Origin: Clostridiales bacterium
GTDB lineage: Bacteria; Bacillota; Clostridia; Christensenellales; UBA1242
Direction of reading: 5' to 3'
Assembly (NCBI GenBank): GCA_015055745.1
Contig: SVHS01000001.1
Coordinates: forward strand, 74,094 to 138,093
Length of the DNA: 64,000 nt
The position numbers were made by a program, and so were the translations under genes. Positions within the stretch are counted from its first letter, which is position 1; every line of letters begins with the position of its first letter. Below, piece by piece: positions 46,096-56,400 of the stretch. Under the pieces are notes generated by a model. The model ran no database searches, was not told the DNA's origin, and saw only the letters and a program-made list of their open reading frames with translations.

Positions 46096-47598
46096 ATGAA
46101 AAAAAATAATTTAATGTCAGGCGCCTTGATTCTTTCTATTGGTGGAGTGTTGGCGAAAGTGTTTAGTGCGATATATAGGATCGGGCTCACTAGGATATTA
46201 GGTGGTGAAGGTATAGGTATATATCAACTGGTCTTTCCTTTTTATTCTCTGTGTGTGGTGTTAGCTACAGCAGGATTACCAATGGCTATATCAAAAGTTA
46301 TATCTAAAAATCGGGGTAAAGAAAAAAGTGTAGTAAAAAAATGCATGATTTTTACGAGCATAATATCGCTGATAATTACGTTTATCTTGCTCACGTGTAG
46401 TCATGGATTGGCTGGATTGCAAGGTAATAAAGATATAGCGATTTGTTATGTGATTTTGGCTCCTACGATTATCTTGGTGAGTGCTACGAGTGTATTGAGA
46501 GGGTATTTTCAAGGAAGGCACGACTTTACACCTAGTGCTGTATCAAATATCTCTGAGCAGTTTGTAAAGCTGGTCGTAGGATTGGTGCTTAGTCTAGCGT
46601 TGCTGGGAGTGAGTGTCATGGCGAGTATTGTTGGAGCGATGATAAGTATCGTGATTAGCGAGGTGATATCGATTTTTGTTTTATTGGTTTACTTCAAAAA
46701 AGAGCCAAAGTCTGATGCTCAAGCAAAGGTCAGTATCAAAGAACTAATGAAAGATATTGCTCCTATTACGCTTACAAATATTATATTACCGATATCAAGC
46801 TTTATTGATAGTGTGTTGGTAGTCAATCTGTTGTCTGTAAATTTTTCAAATCAATTATCTGTATTTTTGTATGGGCTAGAGAGTGGAGCTGTGTCAAGCC
46901 TTGTGAGTCTACCTACCATATTTTCGTTTGCAATTGCAAGCGTAATTTTACCAAATCTTGCGAAAAGTGAGCATAAATTTAATAAAAATGAAAAAATTTC
47001 CATATCAATTAAAATTATTTTGATCATTGCAGTGCCTACTGTGCTTTGCTTCTTGCTGGTGCCAGATAGAGTGATAAGGCTACTATACGGTAGTAGATTA
47101 AATGGATTTAATATAGCTGGCACAGCTATTGCGTCACAATTGTTGGCGATATCTAGTCTTGGAGTGGTGTTTTTGTCTATCAATCAAATTTATTCTAGTA
47201 GTCTGCAAGCAATAGATGAGCGTTATGTTACGATCAGGAATATTACTATTGGTGTAATTTTAAAATTTGTGATAGAGCTAATTTTCTTGCCTAGTAAACT
47301 GCTCAATATATATGCGCTAGCAGTGGCAAATACTGTATGCTATGTGACTACTATGGTACTAAATCATATGGAAATCCGAGAAAATTTCTCTTTAAATATC
47401 AGTCATGTGTTTGTAGGTAAATTATTGATATCAAATAGTGTGATGCTGATAGTATTACTCAGTGTTTTGAGTATTAGTGATACGTGGAGTAATACTTTAT
47501 TAGCGTTGATTTGTGGGGTAGTTTTCTATTTCTTTAGTTTGTTTTATTTCAAAATTTTTGATAGAAAAGAAAAAGCCATGTTAAAATATAAAGTTTAG
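46096..47598 (+). CDS. MOP-superfamily flippase (SpoVB/MurJ/YabM-like)
   Basis: 500 aa, about 14 TM; N-terminal GALILSIGGVLAKVFSAIYRIGLTRILGGEGIG pattern typical of SpoVB-type polysaccharide biosynthesis proteins. Confidence 0.8.
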   Translation: MKKNNLMSGALILSIGGVLAKVFSAIYRIGLTRILGGEGIGIYQLVFPFYSLCVVLATAGLPMAISKVISKNRGKEKSVVKKCMIFTSIISLIITFILLTCSHGLAGLQGNKDIAICYVILAPTIILVSATSVLRGYFQGRHDFTPSAVSNISEQFVKLVVGLVLSLALLGVSVMASIVGAMISIVISEVISIFVLLVYFKKEPKSDAQAKVSIKELMKDIAPITLTNIILPISSFIDSVLVVNLLSVNFSNQLSVFLYGLESGAVSSLVSLPTIFSFAIASVILPNLAKSEHKFNKNEKISISIKIILIIAVPTVLCFLLVPDRVIRLLYGSRLNGFNIAGTAIASQLLAISSLGVVFLSINQIYSSSLQAIDERYVTIRNITIGVILKFVIELIFLPSKLLNIYALAVANTVCYVTTMVLNHMEIRENFSLNISHVFVGKLLISNSVMLIVLLSVLSISDTWSNTLLALICGVVFYFFSLFYFKIFDRKEKAMLKYKV

Positions 47599-47643
47599 TG
47601 TTTAAATTTTTATCCGCTGGTAAATATCTAATCGGAGGATAAT

Positions 47644-47916
47644 ATGAATAAAAATGAGTTTGTAAATGAAGTTTATGCTAGAGCGGGATTAAGTAAGAAG
47701 GATTGTAAACTTTGCTTAGACACCATATTGGAGGTCATAAAAGATGCACTCAAAAATGGTGATAGTGTGACATTATCAAATTTTGGTAAATTTAAAATCA
47801 GTGAGATAAAGACAAAACCAATGTACAATTTTAAGACGCATACTACCGAGATGGTCGAGGCTAGAAAAACCCCTTCTTTTAAGGCTAGTGATAATCTAAA
47901 ACAAATAGTAAAATAA
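47644..47916 (+). CDS. hup: HU-family DNA-binding protein with a divergent beta-arm
   Basis: 90 aa; MNKNEFVNEV..LSKKD..ALKNGDSV.L..FGKF core matches HU; the arm lacks the RNP motif. Confidence 0.8.
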   Translation: MNKNEFVNEVYARAGLSKKDCKLCLDTILEVIKDALKNGDSVTLSNFGKFKISEIKTKPMYNFKTHTTEMVEARKTPSFKASDNLKQIVK

Positions 47917-47954
47917 AATATAAAAATATTTTTAAAAATACTATTAATTTTATT

Positions 47955-47991
47955 AAAAATACGAGAAAAACATTTTTTTCTCGTATTTTTT
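47955..47991. terminator. bidirectional intrinsic terminator
   Basis: atacgagaaaaa-catt-tttttctcgtat 12-bp stem plus T-run, between convergent genes. Confidence 0.8.
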
Positions 47992-48002
47992 ATATTTTTT
48001 AA

Positions 48003-48449
48003 TTAATTTTTCTTTTTTCTTCTATTTTTAAAAAAGTCTTGAATTAATTTTTTATTTTCTTCTTCATATTCTTTTAAATGAAAACTTTTAGTGGTATGAT
48101 TGAGAGTATTGTTTAATAAATCAAATCGAGATATTCCTCCGTTATCTTTGTCTTGCACAGCATAGTAAAGATTTTTTATCCTAGCATTTAATATTGCACC
48201 TGCACACATTGGACATGGCTCCAGTGTGACGTAAATATCACAGTCGTCCAGTCTCCAAGATTTGAGTTTTTTGCAGGCTTTTTCTATAGCTAAAATTTCT
48301 GCGTGATGAGTAGCGATTTGACTTTTTTCTCGAGTATTGTATGCCGATGCGATGGTTTTATTGTCTTTTACTATCACTGCTCCTATCGGTATTTCTTCTA
48401 GCGAACCTGCTTTGTATCCTAGAGATGTAGCCTTTTTCATTGGATTCAT
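48003..48449 (-). CDS. tadA: tRNA adenosine(34) deaminase
   Basis: 148 aa; HAEILAI and PCPMCAGA zinc motifs; alternative start at 48440. Confidence 0.9.
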   Translation of the reverse strand: MNPMKKATSLGYKAGSLEEIPIGAVIVKDNKTIASAYNTREKSQIATHHAEILAIEKACKKLKSWRLDDCDIYVTLEPCPMCAGAILNARIKNLYYAVQDKDNGGISRFDLLNNTLNHTTKSFHLKEYEEENKKLIQDFFKNRRKKKN

Positions 48450-49362
48450 GTTTCACTTCCTTATTATTATTTTGCACTATTGGAGTCATAAAGTCAATCT
48501 GATTTGCAAATTCTTTTGCTTTTTCTAGTGCGACTAGAGGTACATCTTTGTTTCTTGCATAGATTTCTGGCAGATTTTCCACTCCGATAGGGTGTGGAAG
48601 GTTTTCATCTCCGACTTCGATGGTATAGGCAGGTATTTTTAGTTTATCAATGCACCAATCTTTGTATCCGCCAGTAGAGTTTTCAGTAAAGATAATTGGA
48701 TAACCTGTCACGCCACTCAAAGCCTCTCCGATCTGTCTATCTCGATCTATATCTTTTTGACTTTGATTTTCAAAGCCATAATATATTACATTTCCTTTGC
48801 TATGATAAGATATGGTGAGGAGAGGTTTGTTTCTGAGAGTAAAATTAATAAGGCTTTGCACTTCGCGTTCACTATTTGGATAAAAACCTATAAAATTTTC
48901 ACTATTGGGGCAGAAGACGTTTTGACTACCTCCTCCCCAGCTGGCGTCAAAATTTGTATTTAGGTCGACTTGATTGATATTTGCCTTATATTGTGAAAAA
49001 TCTGTGCTCCCGTTATTTCCATTGATGAGATAGTTTCTAGTGATTTCGCAGTCTACAGTGTCTATACCGTCCAGTACTATCTCTACACCGTCAGGGTCGG
49101 TAATAAATATGATATATATTCCCCCGTCATGTACCAAGTCATTGTTGTGTAGATTTCTGGCTAACTCTACAGCGAGTAGAGCAGTAATGTATTCTCGAGC
49201 ATGGATAGCAGATTGGATCACTATTTGCACACCGCTATAGTCACCCAAGTGTGTCGCAAGGATATCTTTACCAAGGACAGATTTTCCCACACTAAAAATC
49301 TCCAACCCTTCTTCTTGTAGTTGGAGAATAGTATTGATTAATTCTTGATATGTCATATTCAC
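48358..49362 (-). CDS. M14-family zinc carboxypeptidase (gamma-D-glutamyl-meso-DAP peptidase-like)
   Basis: 334 aa; HAREYIT (HxxE) zinc motif; 3' end overlaps tadA by 92 nt. Confidence 0.8.
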   Translation of the reverse strand: MNMTYQELINTILQLQEEGLEIFSVGKSVLGKDILATHLGDYSGVQIVIQSAIHAREYITALLAVELARNLHNNDLVHDGGIYIIFITDPDGVEIVLDGIDTVDCEITRNYLINGNNGSTDFSQYKANINQVDLNTNFDASWGGGSQNVFCPNSENFIGFYPNSEREVQSLINFTLRNKPLLTISYHSKGNVIYYGFENQSQKDIDRDRQIGEALSGVTGYPIIFTENSTGGYKDWCIDKLKIPAYTIEVGDENLPHPIGVENLPEIYARNKDVPLVALEKAKEFANQIDFMTPIVQNNNKEVKHESNEKGYISRIQSRFARRNTDRSSDSKRQ

Positions 49363-49364
49363 CT

Positions 49365-49835
49365 CTATTTGTGATATGAAATTTTATGGATAATTGTGAA
49401 TGCACGATATAATTGCTCCAAGAAAATTACTCGCATTAATTGATGAGGAAATGTCATGGGCGAAAATGAAAGCTTTTCTTTTGCGAGAGTTTTTATCGAT
49501 TCGTCTATGCCGTTTGATGCTCCGATGATAAAAGTTATCTCGCTGGCAGACAATGTAATATTTTCGATTTTTTTACTAAATTCTTCGCTAGAATACATTT
49601 TTCCACAAATGTCTAAGCAAAAAGCATAACCTTTTATAAATTTTTTCATTTCTTCAGCATCTTTTTTGAGTGCTGATAATATGTCGGCACGGCTAGATGA
49701 CGCTGGTACGTTTTCTTTGAACTCAATGATTTTTAGCTCCGCGAATCTTGATATTCGCTTGCTGTATTCTGCTATGGCGTCTTTTAGATATTTTTCTTTG
49801 ATATCTCCCATGCAGACTAGATTTATCTTTAGCAT
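49365..49835 (-). CDS. rlmH: 23S rRNA (pseudouridine1915-N3)-methyltransferase
   Basis: 156 aa from MLKINLVCMGDIK; SPOUT fold C-terminus (FSPMTFPHQLMRVIFLEQLYRAF); ATG overlaps the upstream stop (TAATG). Confidence 0.85.
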   Translation of the reverse strand: MLKINLVCMGDIKEKYLKDAIAEYSKRISRFAELKIIEFKENVPASSSRADILSALKKDAEEMKKFIKGYAFCLDICGKMYSSEEFSKKIENITLSASEITFIIGASNGIDESIKTLAKEKLSFSPMTFPHQLMRVIFLEQLYRAFTIIHKISYHK

Positions 49836-50875
49836 TAGATTATCCCCCAAATAAAACTTGAAATTGTGATCAAAGCACCAAAGATGATGCTGGATATCAA
49901 GAACGATTTATCCAAAAAAGTCGAAGGCTTTTTATTTTCTTCAGATGCGATTTTTTGTTCGTGTAGAATTTTATTTATTTCATTGATACGAATTTGAGCT
50001 TCAGGCAAAGTCAATTCATTTAATCTCAATAAACGGACTATAGTGTGTACATCGTTTTTGGCTTTTTCTTTTATTAGCATTTTAGTCAGGTATCGATACA
50101 GGTGTATACATATAGATATTGACAATACTATCACCAAAACAAATGCTATAATATCGCTTAGTAGTATCGCTCGAATGCTATTTATAAATGTGGCGAGAGG
50201 TAAATTTAATCTGCTGCCATAATAGAAATATGAGCTCAAGAAATTGTTCATAAAATGTATAATCATACAAGGAATGATACTATCCGAAGCTAGAGATACA
50301 TAACCTATCAGATAACCCAAAATCGTGGCATAGAAAAATTGACGAATATTTAAATGCGTGAGGCCAAATAAAATAGAGGAAATGATGAGGCAAAATCTAG
50401 TATTGGTATATTTTTTATTTGCGTGTAGCATGATGCCTCTATGTAAGATTTCCTCACAAAATGCAGGTAAAATGCAAGTCAAAATCAAATCTTTTAATAG
50501 TAGACCATAAGTGATAGTACTCTCAGATGCAGATGAAATATTTTCGTATCCCAATAGGGAAATAAAAGCACTAAATACGTCTGCAATAAAGCTATTCAAA
50601 AAGTACAATACAAAACCAAGCGCGATAGATATAATGACGACTTTTGCACTGATTTTCTTTAGTCCGATATCTTTTATGGTGTTGCCAAAATTTTTACTGA
50701 CTATGAGTGTATACATTAGCATAGGGATTGCAAACATAGTGACGATTTGTATCAAAAATGATGATAAAAATTCATTTACCAATACACCAGTGTGACCCAA
50801 TACAAAAACTACAGCCACACATAAAAGAGCTGTGAAATAAATGATATTAATCTTAAAGAAATTTTTATTTTTCAT
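49835..50875 (-). CDS. CPBP (CAAX-type) intramembrane metalloprotease family protein
   Basis: 346 aa; motifs CEEILHRG, FGLTHL, IIHFMNNF; extra C-terminal TM/coiled region. Confidence 0.8.
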   Translation of the reverse strand: MKNKNFFKINIIYFTALLCVAVVFVLGHTGVLVNEFLSSFLIQIVTMFAIPMLMYTLIVSKNFGNTIKDIGLKKISAKVVIISIALGFVLYFLNSFIADVFSAFISLLGYENISSASESTITYGLLLKDLILTCILPAFCEEILHRGIMLHANKKYTNTRFCLIISSILFGLTHLNIRQFFYATILGYLIGYVSLASDSIIPCMIIHFMNNFLSSYFYYGSRLNLPLATFINSIRAILLSDIIAFVLVIVLSISICIHLYRYLTKMLIKEKAKNDVHTIVRLLRLNELTLPEAQIRINEINKILHEQKIASEENKKPSTFLDKSFLISSIIFGALITISSFIWGII

Positions 50876-50876
50876 A

Positions 50877-51761
50877 TTATAGTATATTATTTAATAGCCA
50901 GATTATAGACATTATTATAAGAGAGCAGACCAAAAATATTTTTCCACTTCTGTCTATAGGGTCTTCCTTTTTGTTGTCTTTTAAGATACATATCAAAAGT
51001 ATGCTGATAAATATCACTGCCAATACGATAGCTAGCATTATATATGTCCAATGATTGAATATTAGACTCACTCCAGCGTATGATAATGTAAGAGAAATAA
51101 AATTGTTTATCATGTGTATTAAAATGCAATAAATAATATTGTTTTCACGATACATTACGAAGCTTAGCAATAGTCCCATGAGTAGAGGATACACTGTTTG
51201 GCTGATAGATAAGTGGAATATGGTAAACATCACTGCTGTTATGATGATAGAAAATGCTTTTCCATGTCGCTTTAATCCCTTAAATATCAAACCTCTAAAC
51301 AAAAGTTCTTCGCAAATAGCTGGTGCTATCACGAGAGAAAATATGGAGAGAATATAATTTTTAGTATCTAAAGTATAAGGTATGGAATTTAGCGATATAC
51401 CACATTTGATGAGTAGACTATCTGCACAGATAACAATAGGATATAGCATAAAGAATGAAACTATAGCGATACCTGTGTAAACTAATATTTTCTGGATCGT
51501 TGGCTTTGAGATGATTTGATTTTCTTTGTGTTTGTTGAAAAAGAAAAATACACAAAGTAGACCAATATTCATGGCGAATGCGCATATGAGATAACCGATG
51601 CCGGTATTTATAAATGTGAGTAGTGTGTCACTATCTATATTCATTATATTACCGATGATAGATATGATGCAGGTGGCTATTATCACTGCAAACTGAGAAA
51701 ATAAAAACCCGACAAAAAAAGCGAGTGAGCTATCCTTTACAGTTAGTTTTTTTATTTCCAT
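50877..51761 (-). CDS. CPBP (CAAX-type) intramembrane metalloprotease family protein
   Basis: 294 aa; motifs CEELLFRG, FTIFHL, LIHMINNF. Confidence 0.8.
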   Translation of the reverse strand: MEIKKLTVKDSSLAFFVGFLFSQFAVIIATCIISIIGNIMNIDSDTLLTFINTGIGYLICAFAMNIGLLCVFFFFNKHKENQIISKPTIQKILVYTGIAIVSFFMLYPIVICADSLLIKCGISLNSIPYTLDTKNYILSIFSLVIAPAICEELLFRGLIFKGLKRHGKAFSIIITAVMFTIFHLSISQTVYPLLMGLLLSFVMYRENNIIYCILIHMINNFISLTLSYAGVSLIFNHWTYIMLAIVLAVIFISILLICILKDNKKEDPIDRSGKIFLVCSLIIMSIIWLLNNIL

Positions 51762-51767
51762 ATTTAT

Positions 51768-51796
51768 ATTATACTAAACTTTACATAATTTAGCAA
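51768..51796 (-). promoter_or_regulatory. CPBP operon promoter, leaderless geometry
   Basis: Minus strand: TTGCTA, 17-nt spacer, TATAAT, then 6 nt (ataaat), then ATG at 51761; no SD. Confidence 0.6.
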
Positions 51797-51888
51797 TAGT
51801 AATTGAAAAAGATTTTGAAAACATTTTTCTTATTAGAAACATAATACAAGACCAAAAATAATTAAAAAACACGCTTTTATGCGTGATT

Positions 51889-52440
51889 TTAGCGAGATTT
51901 TATAAATTTTTTATAATTTTCATAAATTTTTTCAGCTATTTCTTCTGGTGTAAGGTTGGCGCTATCGATGATGAAATCATAATTTTTACTATTTAGATTA
52001 TCGGTAGAGTAGAGCTCTTGATATCTATCGTTTTCTGTATGCCAACGATTTTTCAATGCGGTAATAGCTTCGTCCAGTGAAGAAACTTTTTCACTATCAC
52101 GATTAGCTGAGATGAGTCTTTTGCCTGCTGTTTCCCAGTCTATATCTATAAATACCTTAAAAGAATTTGGGATAAAGTGCCATGCTAGTCGAGAGTCGAG
52201 TACGATATTTTCATCAAGTCTAGTCTTTCCGATTTCGATAGTGCGATTGTCGACTAGGTTGTCGATAATCTTTACTCGTTCGTCGTGTTGGAAATCTAAA
52301 ATATTGTCAAAGCCATATTCTTTGGCAAATTGTCTAAACATATCTCCTGTACACATATATTGAAAATTATACTTTTGGCAAAATATTTTGCTTACTGTGC
52401 CTTTACCGCTGCAAGGCTTACCTGTGATAGTGATGATCAT
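51889..52440 (-). CDS. P-loop nucleotide kinase (cytidylate kinase-like family)
   Basis: 183 aa; MIITITGKPCSGKGTVSK P-loop; ATG overlaps the upstream stop. Confidence 0.65.
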   Translation of the reverse strand: MIITITGKPCSGKGTVSKIFCQKYNFQYMCTGDMFRQFAKEYGFDNILDFQHDERVKIIDNLVDNRTIEIGKTRLDENIVLDSRLAWHFIPNSFKVFIDIDWETAGKRLISANRDSEKVSSLDEAITALKNRWHTENDRYQELYSTDNLNSKNYDFIIDSANLTPEEIAEKIYENYKKFIKSR

Positions 52441-52664
52441 TATATATACCTCGTGATTTCGATAATGTAGTCGGTGGTGGATACAGCTTTGTTTTTATAA
52501 AAGTCGATTTCTTTATTTAATTGCTCTATTTGTTCTCGCTGCTTTGCGATTTCTTCTTTAGCTTTGTTGATTTGTACTATTTGTATGATAGATATCACAA
52601 AAAGAGATACTATCAAGGTGATAGCACCGATTATCATTAATTTAACTTTTGTGTTTTGATTCAT
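52440..52664 (-). CDS. DivIC/FtsB-like septation protein
   Basis: 74 aa; one TM plus a coiled coil (KEEIAKQREQIEQLNKEIDFYK); follows yabP-yabQ as in Bacillus. Confidence 0.5.
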   Translation of the reverse strand: MNQNTKVKLMIIGAITLIVSLFVISIIQIVQINKAKEEIAKQREQIEQLNKEIDFYKNKAVSTTDYIIEITRYI

Positions 52665-52980
52665 GCTTAATGATATTATACCACTTATTTTCTAAAAACA
52701 CAACTAAATTTTTACATGCTTTGTTTATCCAAATATATCCAATCAAATAAACAAGTATAAGTGAAATAGAAAACTTGCCAAAATTAAAAATATTTAATAA
52801 AATTACAAAAAATATGCTAAAAAATGTGTAAAAAACACCATCTAATGTGTAAATTATAAATTTTTTTTGAAATTTCTTTAGAAAAAGTCCAAAAAATATT
52901 ATAGAAATAATACCTAATATAATTCCAAAAAATAAAAATACAAATAGACAGTTAAATTGATGAGTGGTAGAAAATATCAT
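52642..52980 (-). CDS. yabQ: YabQ-like membrane protein
   Basis: 112 aa; 3-4 TM; LDGVFY..LNIFNFGKFS pattern resembles the YabQ family; 4-nt overlap with yabP. Confidence 0.55.
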   Translation of the reverse strand: MIFSTTHQFNCLFVFLFFGIILGIISIIFFGLFLKKFQKKFIIYTLDGVFYTFFSIFFVILLNIFNFGKFSISLILVYLIGYIWINKACKNLVVFLENKWYNIIKHESKHKS

Positions 52981-53273
52981 TTAAAAATTTTCCTCAAAAG
53001 TGGCTCTTTCGATTTGGTTGTCACAAATTTGATAGACTCGACAGCTCCCGAGATTTCTGCTCGAGTAGTAGTATTGTCTAGCTTCACTAGCTCTAGATTT
53101 GTGCCTGTGATTACTAGTCCTCCGTAGTTTGTATCTAGCTGGATTAGATCGGGCTTTAGGCTGATTATTTTTTGTGTGCCACTGACTGAAAGATTGGTTT
53201 TGTTGCTTAGTACGATAAGCTGTTCTTTGTTGGTTTTTTGTTTGTCTTGATAATCATAGTTATTTTTTTCCAT
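52977..53273 (-). CDS. yabP: YabP-like protein
   Basis: 98 aa; LSNKTNLSVSGTQKIISLKPDLIQLDTNYGGLVITGTNLELVKLD matches the YabP family pattern. Confidence 0.7.
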   Translation of the reverse strand: MEKNNYDYQDKQKTNKEQLIVLSNKTNLSVSGTQKIISLKPDLIQLDTNYGGLVITGTNLELVKLDNTTTRAEISGAVESIKFVTTKSKEPLLRKIFK

Positions 53274-53359
53274 TAATTTTTCCTTTTTTACATTATATAA
53301 ATCTTGAAAATTAATTATGAATAAAATTTATTTTATTTGACAATTAAATTCTTTTTTAT

Positions 53360-53389
53360 TTGACATGGTGTCGATTTTTAATATATAAT
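53360..53389 (+). promoter_or_regulatory. promoter of the giant lipoprotein gene
   Basis: TTGACA, 18-nt spacer, TATAAT; a second TTGACA lies about 25 nt upstream (ttttatttgaca direct repeat). Confidence 0.5.
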
Positions 53390-53452
53390 TAAATTATTAA
53401 TTATTTAAAATAATTTGATGCATTTTAGGTTAAATTATAAGTAGGGGAAAAG

Positions 53453-56400
53453 ATGAAAAAATTCTATAGTTTTGCATTGATCATTATATCGATCTTATCG
53501 TGCTTTATTTTTTCTGCATGCGGAAATAAGTACGATGATTTGTCTATGAGTTTTTATTCACAAGATGGCGTAGCTATCGAGTCTGTGGATTTGGTGATAG
53601 ATGACACTGGAGAATATGCTACTACAGAAGTAGGTGTAAAATTTTCTGGAGTGAAACAGCAAGATATAGGAGAGGTGTCTATCAGTTCATCACCAATCGA
53701 GCTAGCGACTATCAAGAATTATAGTTATAGCGGAGATATGTGTTATGTGACAGTGACAGCAAACATGACAAGTGATGTGGGCAGTAAATTGAAAGTGACA
53801 CATTTGGCGTCAGGCAAGACTGCTACTATAGACCTAAATATCAAAAGAAAATCAAATAATGTCATATTGAAAAACGACAAATACATAATCTCTATCCCTA
53901 ATACTGATATAAATGAGCATATCATCAATGCAAAATCAGCATACACAATGCTCCCTATGGGTAGTAGTGATGATATTTATTTTAAGATAAAGGGAAATAG
54001 TGCACTTCCGCAGAATGTGACAGTCATAGAAGAGACAGTGGGTGAAAACAAATATATCACAGGCTTTAATGTTCCAAAGAGTGTGTCTGATGGTAGTTAT
54101 ATAGATCTATATCCTGTGACTGTGATGAATGGCTACCCTGACAAACATTATGAGTCAAAGACTGTCAGAGTTTATTTCAAGAAGATACTATCTGCAGACG
54201 ATGTGTCTTTAGAGTCAAATATCTCTAAAGACGGCATGATGGTCAATGATAGTACCACTATCTATCTAGTACAAAACGATACGAAGCTAAGTAGTACGAG
54301 TATTTCATTGATGGGTGGAAATGAGCGTATCAATGGCGATTTTTATGACTTGTACAGGTTAGAGACATCTACTGATAACAATCTTATCACTAGCATGGTA
54401 GTGTTAGGCAATGATGTATTGGTGCAGGCGAATGCATATACTGCAGATCCTGTGACTGTGACTATATCGTTGGTGCCAAATGGATATGTGGGAGATATCG
54501 CTACCATTACTAAGACATTCAAAGTAAAAGCCGAGCTCTCTGCTGATGGTATCAATGTCAAGAAAAACAGCAAGCCAATAGATGTGAGTAGCAATATAGA
54601 TATATTTGATTATTATAGTGAAGGAAATTCTCTAGGCTCATTATTCAATTTTATCCCTTACACAAATAGCGGTATAGCGGTAAATAATAATCTAAACAAA
54701 ATGCAGATAGTGATAGATCCTAAGATTTTGGGTACTGGTAATAAAGTATATGAGTCTTTAGATTACAATGTAGTGAAAAGTGATATTGGTCAGGCGACCA
54801 ATATGTATGTATTGGATATATCATATTTTAGTAGCCCATTAAAATTTTATTATGATAAAAATTTGGAGAGATGTGTATCTCAAGAGATCACAGATTCTGC
54901 GAAAATTTATGTAAAATATTCACCTGTCAATGGTGGGTCAGGAGATATAGGATTATCTTTTGATGTACGTACAGTAAATCATGGAGTAGAGTATTGGGAA
55001 AGTGTGGCTAAAGCTAGCACTACGCTCACATTTACAAAGCAAAAAGGTGTAAAATCTGTCGCAGTATATGGCGGTTATGTTTATAACAATACTATCACAC
55101 CATACAAGGAAGAAGATGTACAAAATATTTATCTAGATAGGACAAGTGAAAATAAAGAATTGATATATATTCCTCAAGGAAATGTCCTCGATGATAACAA
55201 TCAAACTGTAGTAAATGCTATATTTGATATTGAATTAAAGCCTATATTAGTCACTGGAGACAAGTATTTAGCCTTAAAAGTCGGCGACGTTGATAGTGCG
55301 GAGACTGATTGCCTATTTGAATTTATATACAGCGGTACAAATACAGCACTAGCATTTGCGTTTGACGATGATACAGCAGTGGGTAGCTATCGTATCACTA
55401 TCAAGCAAGAAGAAGAGATTAAGAAGGCCATCACGGTGTATGTATATGATAGCCTTGTTGCTGACAATATTACAGCCCAGATGTCTTCAAATGTAAATGT
55501 TTTTGAAAATACTGATTGGAAAGGCAAATATAAATCTACTCATATCGCGCAGGCAGGAGAATCTATTGATGTGACGCTTGGTATACCTCAATCAGTGATT
55601 GATTCAGGTATAGTAAAAGGTTATACATTTACTTATGAGATCAAAGATGAAAATAATAATGCGTTAGACAATAAAGAAATCTATTTTGATATTGATTCAG
55701 ACGACACAAAAAATACAGCTACTTTCCATTTTAATAAAGGCACATTCAAGGACAAAAATTACTATGTATATGTGACTATGGCTGTAGAGACTAGACAGTT
55801 TTCAAACATAGTGACTGAAGAAGTAGAGCCAAAGCCTGTGGTGTATGGCAATGAGCTTTCATACTTTATTTATCAGCCTGCTACATATAGCAATATATCA
55901 ATAAATAAAACTAATGATATCAAGTATATCCAAGACTACTTGGGAGCTTATCATAAAGATGAGGCTAAGCTGAAGCTTGCGTTAGAATTAGATGAGGATT
56001 TGAAAAACTATATTCACTCTATAGAGTGGAAAGAAGACGAAACATATCTAGCTGAAGGTTGTTATGATATTTCAAAGACTTATGAAAAAGATATAAATAA
56101 GCCTAATGAATACAAGTCTACTATTTCTGCTATGGTGACTCAGTTTGGTAAAGAATTGGAATTTGTATGCAATGTAAGCGTGAAAAGACCTATTATATCA
56201 GAGAGAGTGATAGTAAATAGTAAAGTGAATATGACTGATGATGAAAATCAATCATATTATATCAATTTGAAAAAAGGTGACAAATACTATATTGACGCTA
56301 CAAACTATAGCAGTAAAGGCAAAGTCACTCATGAAGGTATAGAGATAGCTGTGGCAAATAAAGATGGCACCACTGCAGATACTGCTACTTACTTTACAGT

